Shown here: piece by piece, positions 33,051 to 42,378 of the stretch | How the letters are laid out: the number at the start of each line of letters is the position of its first letter | Position numbering within the stretch: the first letter of the stretch is position 1 | Assembly (NCBI GenBank): GCA_947632145.1 | Contig: CANRNW010000001.1 | Coordinates: 46,509 to 110,508, forward strand | DNA from: an uncultured Clostridia bacterium | GTDB taxonomy: Bacteria > Bacillota > Clostridia > TANB77 > CAG-508 | Direction: 5' to 3' | DNA length: 64,000 bases | The notes under the pieces: model-generated | Database searches by the model: none | What the model was told of the DNA's origin: nothing | The model's input: the letters and a program-made list of their open reading frames with translations, nothing else | Position numbers and translations under genes: made by a program

Positions 33051-34259
33051 TTGAAGAAGTTAAAATGTTTATACGTAATTCTATTTATATGTGTTTTTAT
33101 TATGCAACCAATTTGTTTTGCATTTTCTCCATCTAGCCTACCTTTGCATAATGGAATAGATGTTAGTATTTGGCAAGGAGAAATAGATTACAAACAAGTA
33201 AAAGCAAATGGTATAGAGGTTGTTTACATACGTTCAAGTGAGGGATCATCTTATGTTGATCCATATTATTTAAGAAACTACAATAATGCAAAAGAAAATG
33301 GATTACAAGTAGGATTCTATCATTTTTTAACAGCTACAACAGTAGAAGAAGCAATTGCTCAAGCCGATTTTTTTGTGGCTTTAGTTGGTGGGCTAGAACC
33401 AAATTGTAGATTGGCGATGGATTTTGAACAGTTTGATGGATTAAGTATAGAGCAAATAAATGAAATTTCATTAGCGTTTTTAAGAAGAGTAGAAGAGAGA
33501 AGCGGAAAAGAGGTAGTAATATATAGTGATGCAGATAATGCAAGAAATACATTTGGAGAGGAATTAGCTGAAAAATACCCAATATGGGTTGCTGATTATG
33601 ACGTGGAGACACCAGAAAGTAATGACAAATGGGAAACTTGGGTAGGTTTTCAATACTCAGATTTAGGTAGAATAGATGGAATAGATGAAAATGTTGATTT
33701 AGATTATTTTACTCAAGATATATTTTTAAGTGATACTACGAAAATTCCAGAACCTGAGACTCCTCCACCAACTCCAAATGATACAGAATCGATAATCATA
33801 AAAAGAGGTGATACATTATCTGAACTTGCGATAGAATATGGCACCACTGTAGATAGATTAGTTGAGTTAAATAATATCGCTAATCCGAACTTAATATTTG
33901 CTGGGAGTACATTACTTGTTCCAATAAATGATGGAAAAAAACAATCTGTAACATATACTGTAAAAAAAGGAGATACGTTAAGTAGTATTGCAAAAAAGTA
34001 CGGAATTACAGTTTCACAAATAGTAAATATAAATAATATTAAGCATCCAAATTTAATATATGTAGGTCAGGTACTCACAATACCTACGGAAACTAATATA
34101 AATGATATAGGTCATATATTATATAAAGTAAGAAGAGGAAATACTTTATACCAAATAGCAAGAATGTATAATACATCAATAGCTCAAATTGTAAGATTAA
34201 ATAGAATCGCAAATCCAAATTTGATTTATGCAGGACAAATACTAAGAATAAATAATTAA
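33051..34259 (+). CDS. Secreted GH25 muramidase with four C-terminal LysM repeats
   Basis: Signal peptide. [15 protein letters not shown]25 motif. Four LysM repeats ([29 protein letters not shown]...). Confidence 0.85.
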   Translation: MKKLKCLYVILFICVFIMQPICFAFSPSSLPLHNGIDVSIWQGEIDYKQVKANGIEVVYIRSSEGSSYVDPYYLRNYNNAKENGLQVGFYHFLTATTVEEAIAQADFFVALVGGLEPNCRLAMDFEQFDGLSIEQINEISLAFLRRVEERSGKEVVIYSDADNARNTFGEELAEKYPIWVADYDVETPESNDKWETWVGFQYSDLGRIDGIDENVDLDYFTQDIFLSDTTKIPEPETPPPTPNDTESIIIKRGDTLSELAIEYGTTVDRLVELNNIANPNLIFAGSTLLVPINDGKKQSVTYTVKKGDTLSSIAKKYGITVSQIVNINNIKHPNLIYVGQVLTIPTETNINDIGHILYKVRRGNTLYQIARMYNTSIAQIVRLNRIANPNLIYAGQILRINN

Positions 34260-34413
34260 AACCTTGTCTCCCTTATTGTAGAAAACGATGCCGATATCGT
34301 TCCAATTAAGATTATCCAAATCCCACAAAATATAAAATTCCGTAAGAAAAAACTTGTAATTTATTGTAGTTTTATGATATAGTATATTTATCTTTTTATG
34401 GAGGTAATTTCTT

Positions 34414-35910
34414 ATGAGTAAAGGGAGAAGATATGATGGTCCAAAACTAAACTTAAAAAAAGTTTTTGGAGTTTTAATAGCATTTATAGTAGTAATTATG
34501 GTGATAACATCAATTGTAAAATTAGTAAAAAATCATCATCAAGTAGATCAAATTATGGGTACTGCATACTTTCCAGCATTAGAAAATAATAAATGGGGAG
34601 TAATTGATAATAAAGGAAATATAGTAATACAACCATCTTATGATGAAATGATAACAGTTCCAAACAGTCAAAAGGGTATATTTATATGTACTTATGATTT
34701 TGATGGTAGTACATATAAAACAAAAGTTATAAATGAAAAAAACGAGCAATTATTTTCAGAATATGAGCAAGTAGAAGCAATAGATAATTATGATTCAAAT
34801 TCTAATACTTGGTATGAAGATAATGTTTTAAGAGTAAAACAAAATGGAAAATATGGCTTAATAAATTTTAAAGGAGAGAAAATATTAGATATAGTATATG
34901 ATGATATTTATTCTTTAAAAGGAGTAAAAAATAGCTTAATTATAAAAAAAGATGGAAATACAGGAATTTGCAACAATTATGGATCAATAATTGCAGATAC
35001 AATATATAAAGATGTTTTAGCAATAAGCAATACAAATGAAAATGGCTATATTATAGTTACATCAGAAAATAAATATGGAATAATAGAGATAGATAAGAGT
35101 ATAAAAATTGAACCAGTATATGAAAGCATAAAATATATCGGAAGCAAAGACTACTATGCAGTAAAAATAGATGGAAAAATGCATTTATTTGACAATACTA
35201 CTAAAACAGTAGGGGATGCAACTTATGATTCAATAGAACATATAAATGGAGAAAACATAATTGTAAAAATAAAAGATGGTTATGGAATTGTAGATAAGGC
35301 TGGAAACAAAAAAGTTGATGCTAATTATGAATATTTGGAATATGCATTTTCAAATTATTATATAGCTAAAAAATCTGGTAAATACGGTATTATAGATGTA
35401 AATGGAACAGAAATTGTAGAATGTAAATACAAAGATATAATAGCTAATAAATCTGGAGAATTTGTTAGAGCAGATTTAGATGATGTAGAAAGTGTACTTT
35501 TAGATGGAACTTTACAAGAAAGGGTAAAAGGAACAATTAGCGAAATAAATGAAGAAAAAGGTTATATAAAAGTTAGAGTTGATCAAGATTATAAATATTA
35601 TAACTTCAAACTAGAAGAAAAACAAAATAAAGATATACTTACATCAAACACATTATTTTTAATCAAGCAAAACGGAAAGTATGGATATGTAAATAAAGAA
35701 GGAAAAATTATTGTAGAATGTAATTTTGATGATGCAAAAGAACAAAATTTATATGGTTATTGTGCAGTTCAAAAAGATGGAAAATGGGGAAGCATAAATA
35801 GTAATGGAGCAATTGTTCAAGATACAAATGTTGATTTATCTAATAATATGTATATTGATTTTATTGGTAATTGGCATTTGAATATTACTGGAGATTATTA
35901 TACAAAATAA
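34414..35910 (+). CDS. WG-repeat (KWG) containing membrane-anchored protein
   Basis: N-terminal TM. Multiple KWGVID / KYGLINF / KYGIID / KYGYVNKEGKIIV repeats. Confidence 0.65.
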   Translation: MSKGRRYDGPKLNLKKVFGVLIAFIVVIMVITSIVKLVKNHHQVDQIMGTAYFPALENNKWGVIDNKGNIVIQPSYDEMITVPNSQKGIFICTYDFDGSTYKTKVINEKNEQLFSEYEQVEAIDNYDSNSNTWYEDNVLRVKQNGKYGLINFKGEKILDIVYDDIYSLKGVKNSLIIKKDGNTGICNNYGSIIADTIYKDVLAISNTNENGYIIVTSENKYGIIEIDKSIKIEPVYESIKYIGSKDYYAVKIDGKMHLFDNTTKTVGDATYDSIEHINGENIIVKIKDGYGIVDKAGNKKVDANYEYLEYAFSNYYIAKKSGKYGIIDVNGTEIVECKYKDIIANKSGEFVRADLDDVESVLLDGTLQERVKGTISEINEEKGYIKVRVDQDYKYYNFKLEEKQNKDILTSNTLFLIKQNGKYGYVNKEGKIIVECNFDDAKEQNLYGYCAVQKDGKWGSINSNGAIVQDTNVDLSNNMYIDFIGNWHLNITGDYYTK

Positions 35911-35953
35911 TAATTTTAGTGACAGAAATATTATTAAGTTATAGGGGGTACAA

Positions 35954-37618
35954 ATGAAAACATCAAAAATAACAAAAAAAGATGTTATTTTAATGGTAAT
36001 AATTACATTAGTATATGCAATAGTGTCTTTTATAAATCTTGGAAGCAATACTAATCCACAAACTTTCTGGAAAACAGAAAATGTAGGAGATTCTATAACA
36101 TTTAAAATAGAACAAGGAGATACAAATGTTACAAAAATAAGATACTACACCGGAGTTGATTTTGGAGATTATAGTTTATATGTTTCTTATAATGGAGAAA
36201 ATTATTCTGATCCTTTAACAATAGAAACTGAAAAAGTTTTTGCTTGGAATGATTTCAACTTAACAGGAAATTTTGAATACATAAAAATTGTAGGAGAAAA
36301 ACAAGGTATATATTTAGGCGAAATTGCAGTATATGATGATGAAGGAAATATTTTAAAATTAACACCAATAAGTGAAAATTCTAATTTAGTTTTAGATGAA
36401 CAAAATACTGTACCAGAAGAAATCAGTTATTTAAATTCAACATATTTCGATGAGATATATTTTGCAAGAACTGCATATGAACATCAACATAATTTACCTA
36501 TATATGAATGGACACATCCACCTTTAGGAAAACTTTTAATGGCAGTTCCAATGTTATTTATGGGAATGACACCATTTGCATATAGACTAATGGGTAATAT
36601 TGCAGGAATTTTAATGATACCAACAATATACATTTTTGCAAAAATGTTATTTAAAGAAAGCAAATACGGAGTGCTTGCAGCGATTATAATGGCAGCTGAT
36701 GGAATGCATTTTGTACAAACTAGACTTGGAACAGCAGATGGATTTTTAGTTCTATTTATAATCTTAGAATACTTATTTATGTATAAATATATAATAAGTG
36801 AAGACAAAACTTTACGAAAGAAATTATTATATTTATTTTTCTCTGGATTATTTATGGGACTTGCAATAGCTACGAAGTGGTCAGGAGTATTTGCAGGAAT
36901 TGGATTAGCATTAGTATTTTTTGTAAATATAGCAATAAATATATTTGTTAAAAAGAAAAAATGGAATAAAGAAGATACTATAACTATTCTTTCTTGCTTT
37001 GGATTTTTTGTTTTTGTACCAATAGTAATATATTTACTATCATACATACCATATTATATAGTGGAAAATGCATATATTAAGGATTTAAAAACTTTTATAG
37101 AATGGCAACAACAAATGTATAATTATCATCACAATTTAGTTGCAACACATCCATATTCTTCAATGTGGTATACTTGGCCTATAACAAAACAATCTATATT
37201 GTATTGGGTAGGAACAACTTCTAATGGTGCAATTACGAGAATAGCTTTACTTGGCAACCCAGCAATATGGTGGTTTAGTATTCCTTGTATAATATATACA
37301 GTTATTGCTACAATTAAAACAAGAGATTTTAAATATTTATTTATACTAATACCAATATTTAGTATGATGGCATCTTATGTAGGAATAAGTAGAATAATGT
37401 TTTTATACCACTATTTCCCAATATTACCATTTGTAATGCTTACAATAGTTGCTTTTGCTAAATGGATATGTGATAAAACAAAATCAGATGTATTCATTTA
37501 CATATTTGTGGCAGTTATAGTTATAGTATTCATAAGATTTTATCCAATATATTCAGGATTTCCAACTTCTGCAGAGTATATTAAGGAGTTACAATGGCTA
37601 AAAACTTGGATATGGTAA
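35954..37618 (+). CDS. Phospholipid-carrier-dependent glycosyltransferase (PMT/GT39-like) with an N-terminal extracytoplasmic beta-domain
   Basis: YEWTHPPLGKLLMAVPM PMT_2-like motif, followed by about 8 TM helices. Confidence 0.6.
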   Translation: MKTSKITKKDVILMVIITLVYAIVSFINLGSNTNPQTFWKTENVGDSITFKIEQGDTNVTKIRYYTGVDFGDYSLYVSYNGENYSDPLTIETEKVFAWNDFNLTGNFEYIKIVGEKQGIYLGEIAVYDDEGNILKLTPISENSNLVLDEQNTVPEEISYLNSTYFDEIYFARTAYEHQHNLPIYEWTHPPLGKLLMAVPMLFMGMTPFAYRLMGNIAGILMIPTIYIFAKMLFKESKYGVLAAIIMAADGMHFVQTRLGTADGFLVLFIILEYLFMYKYIISEDKTLRKKLLYLFFSGLFMGLAIATKWSGVFAGIGLALVFFVNIAINIFVKKKKWNKEDTITILSCFGFFVFVPIVIYLLSYIPYYIVENAYIKDLKTFIEWQQQMYNYHHNLVATHPYSSMWYTWPITKQSILYWVGTTSNGAITRIALLGNPAIWWFSIPCIIYTVIATIKTRDFKYLFILIPIFSMMASYVGISRIMFLYHYFPILPFVMLTIVAFAKWICDKTKSDVFIYIFVAVIVIVFIRFYPIYSGFPTSAEYIKELQWLKTWIW

Positions 37619-37710
37619 AATTATCCTAAGGTCAATTGTTATTTTAAATCAAAAATGCCTAGAACTATACTAATTCTTTTTCTAATTTATGAATTTGTAG
37701 AGGAGATTAA

Positions 37711-38079
37711 ATGAAAATTTTTTGCGGTACAGATATTATAGAAATAGATAGAATAAAAAGCTCTATTGAAGATAGAGGAACTTTATTTTTAAATAAAATT
37801 TATACTCAAGCTGAAATTGAATATTGTGAAGGTAGAAAGAATGCTAAATATCAGCATTATGCTGGACGATTTGCTGCAAAAGAAGCAATATTTAAAGCAA
37901 TATCTGAGACTTTAGAAGATAAATATGAAATAACTTGGTCAGATGTAGAAATAGTAAATGACAAATTTGGCAAACCAAAAGTGCATTTTCTAAATAAAAA
38001 ATTTAATGTGCAATGCGAAATATCTATATCTCATTGTAAAAGTTATGCTACAGCAACAGCAATTATAGTAGATGATTAA
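37711..38079 (+). CDS. acpS: Holo-[acyl-carrier-protein] synthase
   Basis: MKIFCGTDIIEIDRI...GRFAAKEAIFKA 4'-phosphopantetheinyl transferase pattern. 122 aa. Confidence 0.85.
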   Translation: MKIFCGTDIIEIDRIKSSIEDRGTLFLNKIYTQAEIEYCEGRKNAKYQHYAGRFAAKEAIFKAISETLEDKYEITWSDVEIVNDKFGKPKVHFLNKKFNVQCEISISHCKSYATATAIIVDD

Positions 38080-38151
38080 GCTTTAAAATGTCAAAATTTG
38101 TCGATGAAAAAGTGTTGACAAGGTGTAAAGAATATAATATAAATTAACTGA

Positions 38152-38182
38152 GGGGCAGAAATTTTTTATTCTGCCTTTTTCT
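38152..38182 (+). terminator. Rho-independent terminator after acpS
   Basis: GGCAGAA...TTCTGCC hairpin followed by TTTTTC. Confidence 0.55.
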
Positions 38183-38282
38183 ATTTTCTTTTTTTGATTG
38201 TGCCTATTATATCAATTAATTAAATTCAATGGCAAATCTGCCAAAAAAATTTCCAATGAAGTAAAATAAATTAAAGAAAGAA

Positions 38283-39146
38283 GTGATGTATATCGAATTA
38301 TTAAACCCCAAAAATGATTATGTATTTAAAAGAATATTTGGACACAGAGGTAATGAAGAGATAACAAAGCAAATGTTGCAAACTATAATAGCATGTCAAA
38401 TAAAAGATATAAAATTATATGAAAGTAAAATATTAGAAAAAGATCTATTAGATGATAAACTAGGAATAGTAGATATATATGTAAAACTAAATGAAAATGT
38501 AAATGTAGATATTGAAATGCAAGTAGCTAAAGAAAGCAATATAGAAAAAAGAATGTTATATTATTGGAGTAAATTGTATACAAAAGAACTAAAAGCAGGA
38601 GAAGATTATAGTAAATTGCATAAAACCATAGCAATATTGATGGCAAATTTCAAAATTAGTGAACTAAAAGAAATACCTAAATTTTGTACAAAATGGCAAA
38701 TAAAAGAAGAAGAATACACATCTGTCATATTGACAGATGCACTAGAAATATATATAATAGAAATACCAAAAATAAGAGAAGATAAAGGAGTAGCAAGAAA
38801 AGAACTAAAAGAATGGCTAACATTTTTGGAAAATCCAGAAAAAGTGGAGATGATAGGAATGAGCACTGAAAATAAAGAAGCAATAATAAAAGCAAAAAAG
38901 GTATTAGAAGAAATAAGTGCAGATGAACATGAAAGATATTTAGCTCATTTAAGAGAAAAATATATAAGAGATTCAAAATCAATAGAAAAGTACGGATACG
39001 ATAATGGATATGGTAATGGATACGATAATGGATTGGATGATGGATTGAAACAAGTAGCAAAGAAAATGTTAGAGCAAAAATTTACTATGGAGCAAATTAT
39101 ATCTGTAACAGGCTTAACAAAAGAGGAAATAGAAAAATTAAAATAA
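38283..39146 (+). CDS. Rpn/YhgA-like recombination-promoting nuclease (PD-(D/E)xK putative transposase, TIGR01784-like)
   Basis: The N-terminal region (YVFKRIFG...DIYVKLNENVNVDIEMQV) matches the Rpn family. Confidence 0.65.
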   Translation: MMYIELLNPKNDYVFKRIFGHRGNEEITKQMLQTIIACQIKDIKLYESKILEKDLLDDKLGIVDIYVKLNENVNVDIEMQVAKESNIEKRMLYYWSKLYTKELKAGEDYSKLHKTIAILMANFKISELKEIPKFCTKWQIKEEEYTSVILTDALEIYIIEIPKIREDKGVARKELKEWLTFLENPEKVEMIGMSTENKEAIIKAKKVLEEISADEHERYLAHLREKYIRDSKSIEKYGYDNGYGNGYDNGLDDGLKQVAKKMLEQKFTMEQIISVTGLTKEEIEKLK

Positions 39147-39407
39147 TTAATATATTAAAACTGTGCGATGAAACACACACCTTAAATGTTAAAAAAATTT
39201 AACATATTAAGGTGTATTTTTTATTGTGATGTTTCCATATTTTGCCATGTATACACAAAAACTAACCATACTTAAAAACCTACTATGCTTACACCTACAA
39301 GGTTTACAATCAAAAATTTGTTCTAAAAATATTGAATTTAAAAATTTTATAGTATAAAATGTAAGAAAAATTGATATACTATAAAATTTGTTTTTAATAG
39401 GTGTTTT

Positions 39408-39824
39408 ATGAGTAAATTATTTGATCAATATAAAAGTTTAAAAGAGAAAGATGAAGGTAAAATATATTTATTTAAAAGTGGAATATTCTATATAGCATTA
39501 GACAAAGATGCGGAATTTTTATCGAATGCGGTAGGATTTAAACTTACACCTTTAAATGAAAACATAAAAAAATGTGGATTTCCAATAAGTAGAATCGATT
39601 ATTATAAAAAAATATTTGATATAGGAAATATAAATTACGAGTTAATAGATATGAATCCTATTATAGTAGATGCAAAAAATTTAAAGGAAAATAAAGATTT
39701 GAATTTTATGATAAATAAACTACAAAATATAGATTTTAATGACATTACATATAAACAAGCATATGAAACATTAGAAGATTTAAGCAACAGGGCAAAACAA
39801 ATTACTTTAAATTGTATGGAATAA
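39408..39824 (+). CDS. Standalone MutS domain I (mismatch-binding domain)-like protein, 138 aa
   Basis: FDQYKSLKEKDEGKIYLFKSGIFYIALDKDAEFLSNAVGFKLT aligns with the MutS N-terminus ([43 protein letters not shown]). It ends after 138 aa. Confidence 0.45.
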   Translation: MSKLFDQYKSLKEKDEGKIYLFKSGIFYIALDKDAEFLSNAVGFKLTPLNENIKKCGFPISRIDYYKKIFDIGNINYELIDMNPIIVDAKNLKENKDLNFMINKLQNIDFNDITYKQAYETLEDLSNRAKQITLNCME

Positions 39825-39865
39825 TAAGACCATAATAAAATAAAAAAAGAAAGGATGAATTACAA

Positions 39866-40597
39866 ATGAAACTAAGAAAAACATTAACAGTACTAATACT
39901 TATAATAATGTTTTGTGTATTATTACAAGGTTCAGTACAAGCAGCATTACAAAGTGTACCAAAAGGAACAACAAAACGCGATACTGCAACAAATTGGGTA
40001 ATCAATGTAAGAAAAATGGAAAATGCAGGAGGAGGAATGGGACTAAAAGAAACAACAAATGAAACATCAGGACTTGCAGAAAGCCAAAGCAATAATATAG
40101 ATGTGCATTTATTAAAAAGTACAGAATATGGAGCGATAGTATTACTTGGAGCATCAGATTATGGGAAACAGGGAACAAGTATAGATGCAAGAAGAATGGA
40201 TCAAGGAGCAACAACAGGAAATGATGTACAAGCAAGTACAACAGGAAACAAGTATGGAATATATGAATTAGGATATGAAAACATGCAGGCGGACACTAAA
40301 AATGCATATTATGAATGGGTAGCAGGAGGACTATCTACATTTTTACCTAATATAGCACCAAGATATGTAGATATATATACAACAGATAAAGTAGGAAAAC
40401 CAGGTGATGCAACAATAGAAGGAAGTGTAGACTTCTCTAATTGGCATACAAGCTCTCCTCTCAGCAATTGGGTTACGTCTAGTAACCCTGGCTTCAACCG
40501 TGGCTACGTGAACTACGGTGTCTTCTCTCGCAGCTTCAGTACTGCTAGTAGTAGTTACGGTGCTCGTGCGTCTGTCGTTTGTGGTGTCGGACTTTAA
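39866..40597 (+). CDS. DGR target protein: secreted protein with a C-terminal variable region (FGE/C-type-lectin-like VR end)
   Basis: Signal peptide. The 3' roughly 140 nt is near-identical to the downstream TR except at TR adenines. The C-terminus ...ARASVVCGVGL is typical of DGR VR ends. Confidence 0.8.
   Translation: MKLRKTLTVLILIIMFCVLLQGSVQAALQSVPKGTTKRDTATNWVINVRKMENAGGGMGLKETTNETSGLAESQSNNIDVHLLKSTEYGAIVLLGASDYGKQGTSIDARRMDQGATTGNDVQASTTGNKYGIYELGYENMQADTKNAYYEWVAGGLSTFLPNIAPRYVDIYTTDKVGKPGDATIEGSVDFSNWHTSSPLSNWVTSSNPGFNRGYVNYGVFSRSFSTASSSYGARASVVCGVGL
40455..40597 (+). repeat. DGR variable repeat (VR)
   Basis: About 143 nt aligned to the TR with 12 mismatches, all at positions where the TR has A. 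Confidence 0.85.
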
Positions 40598-40659
40598 TGA
40601 TGTACTGATTTTTGTTCTTTGATGTAGGGCGAAAATTTCATATAGGGATTATGCTGTGG

Positions 40660-40803
40660 CACTCCTAACAGCAATTGGGTTACGTCTAGTAACCCTGGCT
40701 TCAACCGTGGAAACGTGAACAACGGTGTCTTCTATCGCAACAACAATACTGCTAGTAATAGTAACGGTGCTCGTGCGTCTGTCGTTTGTGGTGTCGGACT
40801 TTT
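40660..40803 (+). repeat. DGR template repeat (TR), non-coding, rich in AAC triplets
   Basis: See the VR entry. The listed ORF 40725-41345 runs through it spuriously. Confidence 0.85.
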
Positions 40804-40985
40804 ATATGGCAAAATATATAAAATATATTTTAAATCAGAGGGGTAGAACTTTACGGAGGCTACCGTGTATTACATATAAAAGAAGCATAATTCCTTCCTT
40901 AATTGGTAAAACAAAAAAACTTAATGCAGTGCAAGTAGAAATTTTTGAAAGTGATGCATTAAATAAAATTTTAAAGAGGAAATAT

Positions 40986-41345
40986 ATGCCAAAAGTAGAT
41001 AATAGGTTAGTTACCTATGAAAAAATTACAATGCTTATATATTATTCTAAAAACTTGCTAAATAAATATCCTAAAACAGAAAGATTTGATTTATGTACAG
41101 ATATAAAACAAATTTTATATAAATGTTTAAGAAATACAACATTTGCGTGGAAAGAGTATTCAAACAAAGAAAAATTGAAATATTTAAAAGAAGTAGATGT
41201 AGATTTGGTAATGTTAAAAAGTTTAGTTAGAATATCATATAATTTTCAGTATATATCACAGAAAAATTATATGACATGGAATGAACATATTAGTGAAATT
41301 GGAAAACTAATTGGAGGATGGATTAAAACTTGCCAAAGCGCATAG
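40986..41345 (+). CDS. avd: DGR accessory variability determinant (Avd)
   Basis: About 119-aa helical basic protein between TR and RT (MPKVDNRLVTYEKITMLIYYSKNLLNKYPKTERFDL...). RBS AGAGGA upstream. Confidence 0.7.
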   Translation: MPKVDNRLVTYEKITMLIYYSKNLLNKYPKTERFDLCTDIKQILYKCLRNTTFAWKEYSNKEKLKYLKEVDVDLVMLKSLVRISYNFQYISQKNYMTWNEHISEIGKLIGGWIKTCQSA

Positions 41346-42355
41346 ATAACATATTTCGTCCTAAATTAAAATTCAAGAATATGTTAGAAGCATATAAACG
41401 TGCTTCAGATAAGAAACATTACAATAAAGAAGTAATTATTTATGAAATGGATTTAGCATCAAATTTAGTAAAAGTGTTAAAAGAGTTGTATAGTAGAACA
41501 TATAAAACAAGTGAGTATCGTTCGTTTACTGTTTATGAACCAAAAGAAAGAATAATAAGAGCATTGCCATTTAAAGATAGAATAGTACAGCAATGGTATG
41601 TTGAGGAATTTATAAAGCCAATATTTTTACCTAAATTTATATCCGATTCGTATGCCTGTATTCCTTCAAGAGGAGTACATCAAGCTGTACATAAATTGAG
41701 ACAATATACTTATAATATGAGCAAAAAAAATAAAGATTTTTATTTCTTAAAATGTGATATAGCTAAATTTTTTAATAGTATAGATAAAGACATTTTATAC
41801 ACAATAATTAAAAGATATGTTAAAGATAAATATTTTTTAGAATATACAAGATTGTTAATATATAGTGATGAAGGACTTGCTGGAATTCCAATTGGTAATT
41901 ATACATCACAATATTTTGCAAATATATATTTAAATACATTTGACCACTATGTGAAAGAAGTTTTAAAAGTAAAATATTATGTTAGATATATGGATGATTT
42001 TGCTTTTATTTTAAATTCTAAAGAAGAATGCAAAGAAGTTCTAGAAAAAGTAAGGATTTTTTTAGAAGAAAAACTTAAACTTAAGCTAAATAAAAAAACG
42101 AATTACTTTAAGGGAAAGCAAGGAATAAACTTTTGTGGTTATAGAATATTTGCAACACATATTTTGTTAAAACAATCTAATAAAAAGAAAATGTATAAGA
42201 AATTAAAAAATTGGAACAAAGCATATGATAAAAAGCAATTAGAATTGAAAGAAACATTTACAAAGTTAGCATCTTGGGAAGGACATGCAAAAAATGCAGA
42301 TACATTTTATTTAAGAAAAAAAGTAAGAAAAATGTGCAACTGGTTATATGAATAA
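41330..42355 (+). CDS. DGR reverse transcriptase
   Basis: RT motifs (IRALPFKDRIVQQ, YVRYMDDFAFIL). TTG start overlapping the avd end. Confidence 0.85.
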   Translation: MPKRIDNIFRPKLKFKNMLEAYKRASDKKHYNKEVIIYEMDLASNLVKVLKELYSRTYKTSEYRSFTVYEPKERIIRALPFKDRIVQQWYVEEFIKPIFLPKFISDSYACIPSRGVHQAVHKLRQYTYNMSKKNKDFYFLKCDIAKFFNSIDKDILYTIIKRYVKDKYFLEYTRLLIYSDEGLAGIPIGNYTSQYFANIYLNTFDHYVKEVLKVKYYVRYMDDFAFILNSKEECKEVLEKVRIFLEEKLKLKLNKKTNYFKGKQGINFCGYRIFATHILLKQSNKKKMYKKLKNWNKAYDKKQLELKETFTKLASWEGHAKNADTFYLRKKVRKMCNWLYE

Positions 42356-42378
42356 AATCCTAACAAAAGGAGAAAAGA

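Noticed and set aside
38116-38144. Promoter-like TTGACA-17-TATAAA just before the acpS terminator
   Set aside because: It is immediately followed by a terminator hairpin and lies 140 nt from the next gene. It may be fortuitous in AT-rich DNA.
40725-40985. 5' part of the listed ORF 40725-41345, including an in-frame CGG at about 40848
   Set aside because: This region is the DGR template repeat (non-coding). The real avd CDS starts at the ATG at 40986 with its own RBS, so the CGG here is not a coding CGG-A site.
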